Origin: Thermoproteota archaeon
Lineage (GTDB): Archaea; Korarchaeota; Korarchaeia; Korarchaeales; Korarchaeaceae
Assembly: GCA_027492205.1 (NCBI GenBank)
Contig: JAOZFN010000008.1
Location: 1 to 64,000 of the forward strand
DNA: 64,000 nucleotides
Reading direction: 5' to 3'
Below, one piece after another: positions 29,192 through 39,148 of the stretch (positions within the stretch are counted from its first letter, which is position 1; each line of letters starts with the position of its first letter). Position numbers and translations under genes: made by a program. The notes under the pieces were generated by a model. That model worked only from the letters and a program-made list of their open reading frames with translations. It was not told the DNA's origin and ran no database searches.

Positions 29192-30193
29192 ATGATCGAC
29201 GCAGCCTTGGTTGGAGTCGGGGCCATAGGCTCCATGGTCGTCAGGGCCATACTGGAGGACTACCCGTGGATCGACCTGGTCGCGGCCGTGGACGTGGCCC
29301 CAGACAAGGTGGGCAAGGACCTGGGAGAGGTGGTAGGCCTCGAGGAGGAGCTGGGGCTGGAGGTCGAGGACGACCTGGAGGTGGCCCTCGTCGAGTCCGT
29401 TCCCGACGTCGTGATCGTGACGACCTCCTCCAGGCTGGGGGATGTCTTTGACACGCTGCTCACCTCGGTCGGCTTCGGGTCCGACGTCATCTCGACTTGC
29501 GAGGAGCTGGCCTACCCCTGGATAGTCGACCCGGCGGCCGCGCGCCTGCTCGACGACGCCGCAAGGTGGGCCGGCGTGTCCGTCTTGGGGGCTGGCGTCA
29601 ACCCCGGCTTCATGATGGACCTCCTCCCGGCGATCCTCACCATCCCGTGCACCAGGGTCGAGGGGGTGGAGGTCAGGAGGGTGGTGGACGCCTCCAAGAG
29701 GAGGGAGCCATTCCAGAGGAAGATAGGGGCCGGCATGACCACGGGGGAGTTCAGGAATGCCGTGAACACGGGGAAGATCACGGCCCACGTGGGCCTCGAG
29801 CAGTCGGCGTACCTGCTGGCAGAGGCCCTCGGCTGGAGGCCGCTGGGCATGGAGGCGTCTCCGGTGGAGCCCGTCACAGCCGAGAGGGAGGTCACGACCG
29901 ACTACGTCAAGGTCGAGCCCGGCACGGTGGCGGGGGTCAGGCAGACCCTCAGGCTGGAGTCCGACGGCGGCAGGAGGATAGAGCTCATCCTGGAGGCCTA
30001 CGTGGGGGCCGAGGACGAGCGCGACGAGTTCACGGTCAGGGGCAGGCCCCCGGTCCACGCGACCATAAGGCCGGGTGTGCAGGGAGACTGGGGCACCGTG
30101 GGATCCATACTCAACATGATACCCACGCTGCTGGGCGCAGACCCCGGGCTCCTCACGGTCGTTGACCTGATCCCCCGGAGGCCGCTGTCCTGA
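29192..30193 (+). CDS. NAD(P)-dependent dehydrogenase, 2,4-diaminopentanoate dehydrogenase/DapB-like family
   Basis: GVGAIG Rossmann motif; STCEELAYP and GVNPGFMMD motifs. Confidence 0.75.
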   Translation: MIDAALVGVGAIGSMVVRAILEDYPWIDLVAAVDVAPDKVGKDLGEVVGLEEELGLEVEDDLEVALVESVPDVVIVTTSSRLGDVFDTLLTSVGFGSDVISTCEELAYPWIVDPAAARLLDDAARWAGVSVLGAGVNPGFMMDLLPAILTIPCTRVEGVEVRRVVDASKRREPFQRKIGAGMTTGEFRNAVNTGKITAHVGLEQSAYLLAEALGWRPLGMEASPVEPVTAEREVTTDYVKVEPGTVAGVRQTLRLESDGGRRIELILEAYVGAEDERDEFTVRGRPPVHATIRPGVQGDWGTVGSILNMIPTLLGADPGLLTVVDLIPRRPLS

Positions 30194-30273
30194 TCTTCTC
30201 CTCCATCCTCCCCCCTCCTCTCTCCGCAACTTGACGGGGGTGAGACATTGATATCCCCCCGTCGGCGTGATCC

Positions 30274-31536
30274 GTGAGACGCGAGGGATGTAGGGCCTTG
30301 CCCAAGCGGATCTCTCGAGACCTCTGCGTGAAGTGTAAGGGGACCAAGAGGCTCTGCGGCCTCGAGCAGTGCCCCATACTGGAGAGGCTCCGCGCGCAGA
30401 GGACCCTGCCGCCTCCCAGGATGGTGGACGCCCGGACGCTCGAGGGCGGCACCCCGCCGTCCGTGCTTGTTGGGGAGTGGGCCTACCCCCGAGTCAGGGT
30501 GGCCCCGATGATGGCCCACGACCTCGAGACCGCCTCCCTGGCGGACGCCCCGAGGGAGTGGATCGGGTGGGGGCTCGACGACGTGATAAGGGTCAGGGCG
30601 GGCCTGCTAGCGGCCTCGCTCAGGGTCAACGCGAGGAGGCTAGACGAGAGGGCGCTCGAGCCGATTCAGCTGGCCGCGATGTCCTCTCGACCCCTGCCCG
30701 TGGAGGCCAGGCTCCTCAAGCCGCCCAGGCCCAGGCTGAACTTCGACGGCATACTGGCACCCATCGGCCCGGTGGCCGAGGCCGAGAGGGTTGAGCTGGA
30801 GGCCGAGCCCCGCGTCCCCACGCCGGTGGAGAGGGCCGTCTCCGACAGGGACGCCCTGGCCTCAGAACTCCTGGTGGAGCTCTACGACTCGGGCGTGGAC
30901 GTCTACCACTCCACCAGGCTCCTGAGCCTCGCGTTGCTGGGGGCGGAGGGGAGGAGGCGCCTTGTCCCGACCAGGTGGGCCATCACCGCCGTCGACTCTA
31001 CGGTGGGGCTCGAGCTCAAGAGGAGGGCCCTCAAGCTCCCCGAGTACTCTGGCAGGGCCAGGCTCCACAGGTCCAGCTTCTCCGACAACTGCTACTGGGT
31101 TCTGATACTTCCGGGCCCGTACAGGCTCGAGGTGGTCGAGGCCTGGCTCCCCGGGAGCATCTGGACGGGCGACAGGGCGAGGGTCGTCACGAACTACGAG
31201 GGGACCCTGGACAGGGGGTTCCCGGTGATGGACGGCGGGCACTACGCCATGAGGCTCCCGATACTGGAGCACCTCGTCCACGAACTCAGGCGCCAGGCCT
31301 CCGTTCTTGCCATCAGGGAGGTAGGGCCTGGCTACTTCGCGCCGGTCGGGAGCTGGCAGATCAGGGAGTCGGTGAGGGCGGCGCTCAGGTCCAGGCCAGA
31401 GGAGTTCGACGGGCTCGAGGGGGCCCTCTCGAGGCTGGCCTCCGAGGTCAGGTTCGACCCGCGCGGTCTCCTGTCCAAGAGCAGGATGCTGAGGGAGTTC
31501 AGGGGCCAGACCAGGCTCACCGACCTCCTGGAGTGA
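30274..31536 (+). CDS. nreA: Nre family DNA repair protein
   Basis: CVKCKG..LCG...CP, PPSVLVG...YP, LVPTRWAITAVD, PVGSWQIRE and C-terminal PIP box QTRLTDLL. Confidence 0.88.
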   Translation: MRREGCRALPKRISRDLCVKCKGTKRLCGLEQCPILERLRAQRTLPPPRMVDARTLEGGTPPSVLVGEWAYPRVRVAPMMAHDLETASLADAPREWIGWGLDDVIRVRAGLLAASLRVNARRLDERALEPIQLAAMSSRPLPVEARLLKPPRPRLNFDGILAPIGPVAEAERVELEAEPRVPTPVERAVSDRDALASELLVELYDSGVDVYHSTRLLSLALLGAEGRRRLVPTRWAITAVDSTVGLELKRRALKLPEYSGRARLHRSSFSDNCYWVLILPGPYRLEVVEAWLPGSIWTGDRARVVTNYEGTLDRGFPVMDGGHYAMRLPILEHLVHELRRQASVLAIREVGPGYFAPVGSWQIRESVRAALRSRPEEFDGLEGALSRLASEVRFDPRGLLSKSRMLREFRGQTRLTDLLE

Positions 31537-31554
31537 GCCTCACCGGCTTGAGGC

Positions 31555-32232
31555 CTACACCCTGACCCCGAGCTCCCTGGCGGCCTCCCTGAGGGCGGCC
31601 TCCACCTCCCCCTCGGACCTGCCGACCGGCACGGCCGGGGAGCCGGGCTCGCCCTCTCCCTCGGCCTCGATCAGCATCCCCTGGCTGATCTCACCCCCTA
31701 TCCTCCTGGGAGGGAGCGCGGCGAAGGCCCTCACGTCGCCGCTGGAGACGCCGGGGAGGTTAGTGACCACGGTGAACTTCCCCAGCCTGCCCGCGTCGAT
31801 CTTGAGCTTCCAGAGCTTCTCCGCTATGGGCTCGACGTGGGCGACGCTCCCCCAGGCCGCCTCGATCGAGTGTGCGAACCTGGGCTCCCCCTCGAGGAGC
31901 CTCCTCCTCAGCCCAGCCAGCGTGATGCCGGCGAACCTGACCCAGCTGGCCGCCATCCTCTCAGACGGCCTCTGCAGCTTCGAGAGCTCGTCCCAACTCC
32001 TCAGCAGGCTGGCGCCGGCCGACTCGATGGGGTCCAGGAGGCCCTGCTCGGCCGCCTGCCCCGGGGGAAGGAAGGAGTATCGCAGGGTCGCGACGTGCTG
32101 GCGCAGGGGGCCGACTACGGGCTGGAGTTCCCTCTGGCGTTGCCTGGGCAGCCCGGGGAGGTGCCTGGCCAGACCGGCCACGGCTATCTCGGCGACCACA
32201 ACCCTCGGGTCGGAGCTGGTGTCGTGGCTCAT
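31555..32232 (-). CDS. Archaeal RNA-binding protein with C-terminal EMAP/Trbp OB-fold
   Basis: DTSSDPR N-terminus; TVVTN and LPPR..GG.ISQGM motifs. Confidence 0.7.
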   Translation of the reverse strand: MSHDTSSDPRVVVAEIAVAGLARHLPGLPRQRQRELQPVVGPLRQHVATLRYSFLPPGQAAEQGLLDPIESAGASLLRSWDELSKLQRPSERMAASWVRFAGITLAGLRRRLLEGEPRFAHSIEAAWGSVAHVEPIAEKLWKLKIDAGRLGKFTVVTNLPGVSSGDVRAFAALPPRRIGGEISQGMLIEAEGEGEPGSPAVPVGRSEGEVEAALREAARELGVRV

Positions 32233-32356
32233 CGAGGGCGAGCGCGGCCCGGGAAACTAAAATCATCCCGTCGGAGTTGGCCCGCCGCGGGCCGGCGGCC
32301 GCCGGCGGTCCAGCTCCTGGTCTACACTTTAATTACTACCGGTAATGTAGTCCAAG

Positions 32357-32602
32357 ATGATGGCTACCCACGTGACGGTCTCCGCGAAGATCAGGCGGGA
32401 CCTCTGGGAAAAGATGAAGAGGTACGGGATAAACGCGAGTGAGGTCATAAGGGAGGCCATTGAGAGGAGGGTGAGGGAGGAGGAGATCCGGTGGGCCCTC
32501 GGAGTGATGAGGGACATCTCGTCGAGGGCCAAGCTACCGAGGCCCGGCAGTCTGGTGATAAGGGAGCAAAGGAACGGCCGATCGGGAGCGAGGGCGCCGT
32601 GA
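32357..32602 (+). CDS. vapB: RHH/CcdA-type antitoxin
   Basis: TVSAKIRRDLWEKMKRYGINASEVIREAIE; overlapping inverted repeats upstream (32332-32351). Confidence 0.82.
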   Translation: MMATHVTVSAKIRRDLWEKMKRYGINASEVIREAIERRVREEEIRWALGVMRDISSRAKLPRPGSLVIREQRNGRSGARAP

Positions 32603-33021
32603 GGGTGGTCTTGGACGCCAGCGCCGCCCTGAAGTGGTTCGTAAGGGAGGAGGAGTCCGGGGAGATGGGAGAGCTGCTCAACCAGCACCTCTCGGGAAGA
32701 CTCGAACTCCACTCCCCCGAGTTCCTGCTCGTGGAGCTGGCGAACGCCCTGAGGTACGCGAGCGGTATAGGCCCGACGGATGTCCTCGAGGCGGTGGAGG
32801 CCGTCAGGTCCCTCCGCCTGAAGTTGGCGGGCGACCTCGAGATCCTCGGCGACGCCGTGGGGCTGGCCTTTGAGGAGGGAGTAACCCTGTACGACGCCCT
32901 GTACGTATCCCTGGCCAGGACCCTGGGTGGGAGGCTCGTCACGTACGACGGCGAGCTGCTGAGGAAGTTCCCCGGGCTCGCCGTCAGGGCGAGCGACCTA
33001 CTGAGAACGCTCTCCGACTGA
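32599..33021 (+). CDS. vapC: VapC/PIN toxin
   Basis: VLDASAALKW, ELANAL, TLYDALY and LVTYD motifs; GTGA overlap. Confidence 0.9.
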   Translation: MRVVLDASAALKWFVREEESGEMGELLNQHLSGRLELHSPEFLLVELANALRYASGIGPTDVLEAVEAVRSLRLKLAGDLEILGDAVGLAFEEGVTLYDALYVSLARTLGGRLVTYDGELLRKFPGLAVRASDLLRTLSD

Positions 33022-33049
33022 ACTCCACCCTCATCCCCGCGGTCGGGGG

Positions 33050-34486
33050 TCACCCCCCGGACAGCCTGGCCGCGATCTCCTCGTACCTCCTCTGAGCGGC
33101 CTCCCTCCATATCGACGTCATCTTGGACGCGAAGGTGGGGTCGTCCCTCATCCTCTGGTTTACGGAGGCGGCGTACTCCTCGGTGAACGTGAGGACGGTT
33201 CCGTTCTCCTCCCAGCTGATCGGCCTGCCCAGCTCCCACCACAGCTCCTCGAACCCCTCCCGGCCTATCCTCCCGGACTCCAAGGCCCTCACCATCGCCG
33301 ACCACGCCGAGACGAGGGCGTCGTGCGGGTCGCAGAGGACGGCGTCGAAGTAGTAGGCGGTAGCGAAGTATGTGGCCCTCGCCCTGGTCTCGTTGAACCT
33401 TATCCCCACGTTTCCGAGGATCATCTCCTGCGCAGCCTTGAGGTCGGGCCTCTCGCGACCCTCGGGCGTGTCGAAGACCTCCGCCCTCACGGGCAGCCTG
33501 TTGACCCTGCGGTCGAGCCAGATCTTCTGGCCGTCCACCGAGAGGATCCAGCGGATGAACGCCAGCGCGGCCTCCCTGTTCCGGCAGGTCCTCAGCAGGG
33601 ACACGGGGTCCCCGCCTACGATGGACTCGTTGTAGGGCACCACATACCTAACGCCAGGCCTCTCGATCTGTGCGGTGTATCCGTAGAAGTCTATCCCGAT
33701 GGCTATCGGCACCTCGCCCGCCTCTAGCGCCGAGAGGGCCTCCACAGACCCGCCGTAGGGCCTGCCGTTCGCGGCCACGCCCGCCAGCAAGACCCAGCCC
33801 CGATCCCAGCCGAACCTCTGAAGGATTATCTGGTAGATCCTCGTGTGAGAGCCCGACTGGGTGGACCTGGAGAAGGCCACGGCGGGCTTCGGGAGCAGCC
33901 TCGCAAGCTCTGGACTGGCCAGGTCCTCCCAGAGTCTGGGAGAGGGCAGGCCGTACTCCTCCAGCATGGGCTCGTTCACGATGATGCCGAAGGAGGACAT
34001 GGAAGTCGCGACCCAGAGGAGACGGCCTTGGGAGTCGAACCTCATGAGGGGCATCCCCCCGACGCTGTCGGGGATTGACGAGGCCTCATTGAGCACGACC
34101 TCGTCCCCTATGGGGAGCAGGTAGCCCTCGTCGGCCAGGGTGTTGTGGGCCGTCGGCCCGCCGCCCCAGGCCACGTCGAGGTAGCCGAGGCGGTCTATGG
34201 TGTCCCTCCAGAGAGCCGGGTTAGGCTTGATGAACACCACGTCCGTCACGCCGGCCTCCCTCGCGAAGGTGGAGTTGAGGAAGGCCTCCCTGGCAATCAT
34301 CAGCGTGGTGGCGTCGTGTCTCGTCAGGACGTTGAGGACCAGGCCGCCTCGCTCGCCGACGCCACGCGGCGTCTCGTGAATCCAAATGAGCGCCGCCGCG
34401 ATCAGGGCGATCAGGGCGATCAGGGCGATCAGGGCGATCAGGGCGAGGGCCGCGGCCTTCGTGCCCACGGGGTGATGATACCTCAT
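33050..34486 (-). CDS. ABC transporter substrate-binding protein (Fe3+/thiamine/phosphonate class), no transporter partners nearby
   Basis: N-terminal TM anchor; LTRHD, DVAWGGG and IDFYG motifs. Confidence 0.8.
   Translation of the reverse strand: MRYHHPVGTKAAALALIALIALIALIALIAAALIWIHETPRGVGERGGLVLNVLTRHDATTLMIAREAFLNSTFAREAGVTDVVFIKPNPALWRDTIDRLGYLDVAWGGGPTAHNTLADEGYLLPIGDEVVLNEASSIPDSVGGMPLMRFDSQGRLLWVATSMSSFGIIVNEPMLEEYGLPSPRLWEDLASPELARLLPKPAVAFSRSTQSGSHTRIYQIILQRFGWDRGWVLLAGVAANGRPYGGSVEALSALEAGEVPIAIGIDFYGYTAQIERPGVRYVVPYNESIVGGDPVSLLRTCRNREAALAFIRWILSVDGQKIWLDRRVNRLPVRAEVFDTPEGRERPDLKAAQEMILGNVGIRFNETRARATYFATAYYFDAVLCDPHDALVSAWSAMVRALESGRIGREGFEELWWELGRPISWEENGTVLTFTEEYAASVNQRMRDDPTFASKMTSIWREAAQRRYEEIAARLSGG
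34398..34445. repeat. 9-bp tandem repeat (ATCAGGGCG)x5 encoding (ALI)5 in the membrane anchor
   Basis: Five perfect copies at 34401-34445. Confidence 0.95.
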
Positions 34487-34561
34487 CTACGTTTTAGTGT
34501 TACCCAAGCCGCCTGGCGCCCCCGCGGCTCGCGGCGGGCGGAGCCTCACTCCCGCCGCCCC

Positions 34562-35296
34562 TCAGATCCTGGCCACGGGCTGGAAAAGCCAGCCGGCCCT
34601 CTCGACGGTCTCTATCAGGGGGCCGCGAACGGCGTTGACGTCGAAGTCGAACTCGTAGACCTCTCCCCAGTCCGGAGGCCACAGGGACTTGAAGGCGTAG
34701 GCCACCGCCTTCCTCTTGGAGAAGAGGATCCTCCCCCTGAACCTGCTGTACCTGAACCTGAAGGGCTCCCCCGAGAGGCCCGCCTCCCACTCCAGCTCCC
34801 CCATCTCCTCGCTGTAGAGGACGGTCTTGCTCTCGTCCAGCAGCCTCATCCTGCCCAGGTAGTAGACCCTCAGCCCCGCCCTGCTGAGGATCTCCCACCA
34901 CCTCGCGTCCGCGAGCTTCCACCTGGCGACGAGGTCCACCCCCTCCTCCTCACCCTCCGCCACCTCCCAGGGCAGGTTGGGGTCGTTGAGGGAGAGGAGC
35001 CTGGAGACCAGCTCCGATCTGGACACGGGCGGGACCCCGGGGTAGAGCCTGGTCGCCGGCGACTCGACTAGGCCAGTGGCGTAGAGGACGGCCTCCAGCG
35101 ACCCGGCGGCGACCGCCCCAAACAGGGCCGAGAACCCAAGGACCTCGGGCAGGGTGTCAAGGACGATGACGCCCTCCCCAGAGTCCGTAGAGTAGGAGAA
35201 GGATGCTCCGCTCAGGAGTGAGGCCAGCGCAACCAGGCTCGGGACGAACAGGATCAGGAAGAGGGGGGCCGGCCTCACGAAGAGCCTGTGTCCCAT
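34562..35296 (-). CDS. Hypothetical membrane protein
   Basis: Two N-terminal TMs and a soluble domain; host-like codon usage. Confidence 0.65.
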   Translation of the reverse strand: MGHRLFVRPAPLFLILFVPSLVALASLLSGASFSYSTDSGEGVIVLDTLPEVLGFSALFGAVAAGSLEAVLYATGLVESPATRLYPGVPPVSRSELVSRLLSLNDPNLPWEVAEGEEEGVDLVARWKLADARWWEILSRAGLRVYYLGRMRLLDESKTVLYSEEMGELEWEAGLSGEPFRFRYSRFRGRILFSKRKAVAYAFKSLWPPDWGEVYEFDFDVNAVRGPLIETVERAGWLFQPVARI

Positions 35297-35571
35297 GATT
35301 TGCCGGAGGGTCCGGGTTTTTTTAACCCTCGCGGTTGGGAGGGCGCAGCGACAGCCAGGCGGACGAGTCCACACGGGACTTGGACGCGGGAAGGCCGTCC
35401 CACGCCAGGACCTCAGACCGCCGCCCCAGCCGAACCGCCCACCCGGGTCTGGATGGCGACCTTTGAGTTCCCTGGTCGCGCGCAGCCGAATCCGGTGAAG
35501 GGCGGTCCCGAGTCCGCTTTTTGACCCTCGCCTCGCCCAACTTAAATGGAATCGTCCAACTCCCCCTCCAC

Positions 35572-36414
35572 ATGGTCTTCAGGGATGAGGAGGGGAGACT
35601 CTACCACATAGGGGCGGTCGAGGGGGAGGTCGCCAGCAGGGTGCTCTTGCCCGGCTCAAGGGTCCGGGTCAAGAGGATCGCCGGGCTGCTGAGCGGGGCG
35701 AGGGTCGTTCACGACGGTAGGTTCCTCCTCATCGCGGGGGAGTACCGGGGGGTTCCCGTGACGGCCGTGGACACCGGGATAGGGCCATCCTCGGCCGCGA
35801 TAGTGGTGAGGGAGGTCCTCGAGGCCCTGGACTTATCCGCGGGAGACGCCGTGCTCATCCGGCCGGGGACCTGCGGATCGCTCCAGCCCTGGGTGCACGT
35901 CGGGGACCTGGTGGTGTCCACCGGGGTCGTGGCCCAGGACGGCGTCACGCCGAAGGTCGCCGGGGAGAGGTTCCCGCTCTTCACCGACCCGGGGGTGACC
36001 GAGGCCCTGGTGGAGGCGGCCGTCGAGCTGGGGTACGTCCCGGGCGAGAACCTCCACGTGGGCGTGACGCACGCGAAGGACGCCCTGTACGAGGTCGAGG
36101 AGGCTCCGGCAGCTGCAAAGCCCTGGGAGGCGGAGAGGTACCTGGAGTACCTCAGGAGGATGGGGGTCCTGATCACGGAGATGGAGCTGGGCACCCTCAT
36201 AGCGGTGGCAGCGCAGTACAACGCCAGGCTGGCCGAGGCAGGCATCCCGCACAGGGTGAGGGTCGGCGGCGTGTTCCTGTCGGTCTCGCCCGTCAAGGGC
36301 GCCGAGGAGGAGACCCAGTTCGAGAATCCCCCGCAGGAGGACCTGATCAGGGTGGCGCTGGAGGCGGCCGTCCGGGCTGACGAGAAGAGGCCAGAGTGGA
36401 TAGGCTACAGGTGA
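35572..36414 (+). CDS. Uridine/purine nucleoside phosphorylase family
   Basis: YHIG, LPG...RV, TGIGPSS, IRPGTCGSL and EME motifs. Confidence 0.85.
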   Translation: MVFRDEEGRLYHIGAVEGEVASRVLLPGSRVRVKRIAGLLSGARVVHDGRFLLIAGEYRGVPVTAVDTGIGPSSAAIVVREVLEALDLSAGDAVLIRPGTCGSLQPWVHVGDLVVSTGVVAQDGVTPKVAGERFPLFTDPGVTEALVEAAVELGYVPGENLHVGVTHAKDALYEVEEAPAAAKPWEAERYLEYLRRMGVLITEMELGTLIAVAAQYNARLAEAGIPHRVRVGGVFLSVSPVKGAEEETQFENPPQEDLIRVALEAAVRADEKRPEWIGYR

Positions 36415-36424
36415 GCCGCCTGGG

Positions 36425-37282
36425 TCAGAGGACCGACGCCGCCAGGGCCGCCAGGAGGACGATGCCCAGGTAGGAGTTGGCCACCTTGAAGGCCCTCAGG
36501 GCCGACTCGGGCGAGGATTTCATGGCGAAGGACCCGGTCGCCCAGAGCAGGATCGCTGACGCGATCGCCACCACGAGCTCGTAGGCCCAGCCCAGCCCGG
36601 CAACGAGTCCCAGGTAGAGCGCCAGCGCCGAGGTGCCGACGGCGCAGGCGAACGTGGCTGAGGCAGACCTCCTCGGCCCCCAGACAACCGGCAGCATGGG
36701 CACGCCGGCCCTGGCGTAGTCGTCCGCGTAGTAGGTGGCGAGGGTCCAGATGTGCTCCGGGATCCACAGCATGACCAGTGCCGCGAACAGCAGGCCGCCC
36801 AGGCCCAGCGAGCCAGTGGCGGCAGCCCAGCCGGCCAGCGCCGGGGCCGCGCCGGCGACGCCGCCGAAGATGACGGACCAGGGGGTCCTCCTCTTCGTGG
36901 CCAGGGTGTAGACGAAGATGTCGAACGCGAAGCCCAGCGCCACCACGCCCGCCACGAGGGCGTTGAGCTGGAGCGAGACCAGGATCCCCATCGCGAAGAG
37001 GGATATCCCGAGGACCACCGCCTTGTGGGGCGGGTCTATCTCGCCCTTAGGTAGCGGCCTGTTTGAGGTCCTCCTCATGGCGGCGTCTATGTCCCTGTCG
37101 AAGTACATGTTGACGGCCGTCGTGCCGGCCACCGCCGCGCCCACGCCCAGGACGTAGAGGATCGCCTCGCGCAGACCAACTGCCCCTGATCCGGCGACGA
37201 CCATGGGCACGAGCCCTGAAAACACCAGCAGGGACGTCTGCTTGAGCTTCAGCAGCCTGGTGTAGCTGGAGGTGGCCCCCAT
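36425..37282 (-). CDS. cyoE: Protoheme IX farnesyltransferase (heme O synthase)
   Basis: NMYFDRDIDAAMRRT..RPLP, YT...KRRT and DDY..AG.PMLP motifs. Confidence 0.92.
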   Translation of the reverse strand: MGATSSYTRLLKLKQTSLLVFSGLVPMVVAGSGAVGLREAILYVLGVGAAVAGTTAVNMYFDRDIDAAMRRTSNRPLPKGEIDPPHKAVVLGISLFAMGILVSLQLNALVAGVVALGFAFDIFVYTLATKRRTPWSVIFGGVAGAAPALAGWAAATGSLGLGGLLFAALVMLWIPEHIWTLATYYADDYARAGVPMLPVVWGPRRSASATFACAVGTSALALYLGLVAGLGWAYELVVAIASAILLWATGSFAMKSSPESALRAFKVANSYLGIVLLAALAASVL

Positions 37283-37391
37283 TCGGATCGGGGGGGCGCT
37301 CCGAGCGGTGGTAAAATAGTTCTACCCCGCGGGGGGAATCGACCTTTCCCGCGGCCTACCCGGGAGGGGCTGGGCGCCCGGGGGTTACGCC

Positions 37392-37901
37392 TCACCCTGA
37401 CCCCCCCTGCTTGGACTTCAGCTCAGCAATCCGCCCCTTAACCTCGCTCAGCATCTCGAGGTACTCCTTCTTCAGGATCTCCCGGACCTCTTCGTCCTCG
37501 AGGGTTCCCGGAACGCTTATCTCCCTGAGCCTCTCCAGGATGCGCTCCCTCTCCCTCTCGAGCTCGACGAGGTCGAAGTGGTTCAGGTAAAACCTCATGG
37601 CCTCATTCATCACCTGCCCGACCGTCCTGCCCTCCTCTGCGGCCAAATCCCTTATCCTCTCGTACAGCCTCCTGTCGAGCCCCCTGATGGGGATGGGCCT
37701 CCTGACCACCCCCTCAGGACCCGCCCTCATCCCCACGGTGGCCCCAGGAGTGGTTATGGACATCCTGGCGGTCTTCCTCACGGCCCTAGAGAGACTCTTG
37801 GCCAAGCTCTCCTCGATGACCTCTGAGAGCCGCTCGAGCTTGCGGCTGAGTTCCTCCATGCGCCTCTCGAACTCCTCCCAGTCCCGGTCCTCCTCCACCA
37901 T
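37392..37901 (-). CDS. Coiled-coil protein with central RHH domain
   Basis: IRGLDRRLYERIRDLAAEEGRTVGQVMNEAM resembles the RHH segment of 31-528. Confidence 0.65.
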   Translation of the reverse strand: MVEEDRDWEEFERRMEELSRKLERLSEVIEESLAKSLSRAVRKTARMSITTPGATVGMRAGPEGVVRRPIPIRGLDRRLYERIRDLAAEEGRTVGQVMNEAMRFYLNHFDLVELERERERILERLREISVPGTLEDEEVREILKKEYLEMLSEVKGRIAELKSKQGGSG

Positions 37902-37902
37902 C

Positions 37903-37933
37903 GTATAGCGTATAACGGTATAACAAATATAAG
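37903..37933 (-). promoter_or_regulatory. TATA box plus three GTATA(A/G)C direct repeats before a leaderless start
   Basis: Repeats at 37903, 37910 and 37918 (+ strand text); TTATATTT about 28 bp above the ATG. Confidence 0.55.
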
Positions 37934-37939
37934 CCTTCC

Positions 37940-39148
37940 TCACGCCGGCGGCAGGAGGGTTAGGGCCAGCAGCAGGGACGCGGTCGTGACCGCGTCGGCG
38001 AGCGAGCTCTCTATGGGGTTAACGAAGTTGTCGGGATCCAGGCCCAGCCTGAAGGTCAGGATTGCCACGATGAGCGCTATTGCGGTCACGGCGAGGGTGG
38101 ACAGGATCCCGCTTACCCCCAGGACTGCTGCAAGCCAGAAGAAACGGCCTCCTCCGCCGGACGCGGCTGCGACCAGGCCGAAGGCCTGGGAGGCCACGAA
38201 CCATGCCGTCCAGGCCCCGGTCGCCTCAGGAGACACGTCGAGGAGAATACTCGCCCCGGCCCTGGCGGTGCCCAGGGCCAGCCGCGTGGTGGCCACCGAA
38301 CCCACTATCGAACCGAAATCCCCGACCATCGTGAGCAGGGCGGGGTAGACCAGGTAGATGGACCTGATCTCGCCAATCCTCTGCTCAACCCGAAGCAGGA
38401 GGTTCCCGGTCAGGGTAACTATGAGGGACACCCCCAGGATGGACATCGACGCCTCCCTGAGGACGCTCCGGAAACCCTCACTCCTCCCCTGTGTAAAGGT
38501 GAGGGCGACCGTCGAGGCGACGAACCCGAGGGCGAGCGCCAGCACGACCATCCTCCCGAGCTGGCCCGCGCGAAAGACCCTCAGCAACCCGACGTACACC
38601 GCGCTCACCGTGAAGTCCGCCACGGTGCTCATGCTGGGGTAGGTGACGTAGTCTGGGTCGAGCCCGAGCTTGAAGAATGCGAAGGAGGCCAGCGAGGTCG
38701 TGGGGGCCATTATTAGCTGGGATACTCCCATGGACGCCGTTATCACGATCAGCAGGTCCGCTAGGATGCGGGAGTCGTACCAGCCCGTCAGCATTAGTGA
38801 AGAGCCTAAAGTCAGGGTGAGCGAGCTTGAGGCCAGGAGGGTGAGGGCGAACGCGGCCGAGATCGTCGCCCAGAATTCCTCCGTGTTCCTTCGAAGTGAT
38901 GGACTTATCGAGCCGAGGTTGAGGCCGGTGCTCAGCCTACCAGACAGGACCCCGTTGACGGCCCCCCTGGCGCTCAGCATCCCGGGGTAGACCGTGACCG
39001 CCCAGGGGATGGATCTGACGACCTCGAGGTTGGCCGCCAGGACGCCTCCGGCCAGGAGGTCGCCCAGACCGAAGCTCATGGCTACGGCCGCCCTGGCGAG
39101 CGACTTGACGTAGCGTCGCAGGTTCTCTTGAAGTCGCCTGAACGTCAA
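37940..39148 (-). CDS. MgtE-like divalent cation transporter (duplicated membrane domain)
   Basis: Two GLDPD motifs; RLSTGLNLG and TTRLALG. Confidence 0.8.
   Translation of the reverse strand: MTFRRLQENLRRYVKSLARAAVAMSFGLGDLLAGGVLAANLEVVRSIPWAVTVYPGMLSARGAVNGVLSGRLSTGLNLGSISPSLRRNTEEFWATISAAFALTLLASSSLTLTLGSSLMLTGWYDSRILADLLIVITASMGVSQLIMAPTTSLASFAFFKLGLDPDYVTYPSMSTVADFTVSAVYVGLLRVFRAGQLGRMVVLALALGFVASTVALTFTQGRSEGFRSVLREASMSILGVSLIVTLTGNLLLRVEQRIGEIRSIYLVYPALLTMVGDFGSIVGSVATTRLALGTARAGASILLDVSPEATGAWTAWFVASQAFGLVAAASGGGGRFFWLAAVLGVSGILSTLAVTAIALIVAILTFRLGLDPDNFVNPIESSLADAVTTASLLLALTLLPPA

Noticed and set aside
34398-34445. Short repeats as a CRISPR array
   Set aside because: Contiguous 9-bp coding tandem with no spacers
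35330-35520. GGGAAGG...GCCAGGACCT resembling a cobalamin riboswitch B12 box
   Set aside because: The upstream core elements are missing and the flanking genes are not B12-related
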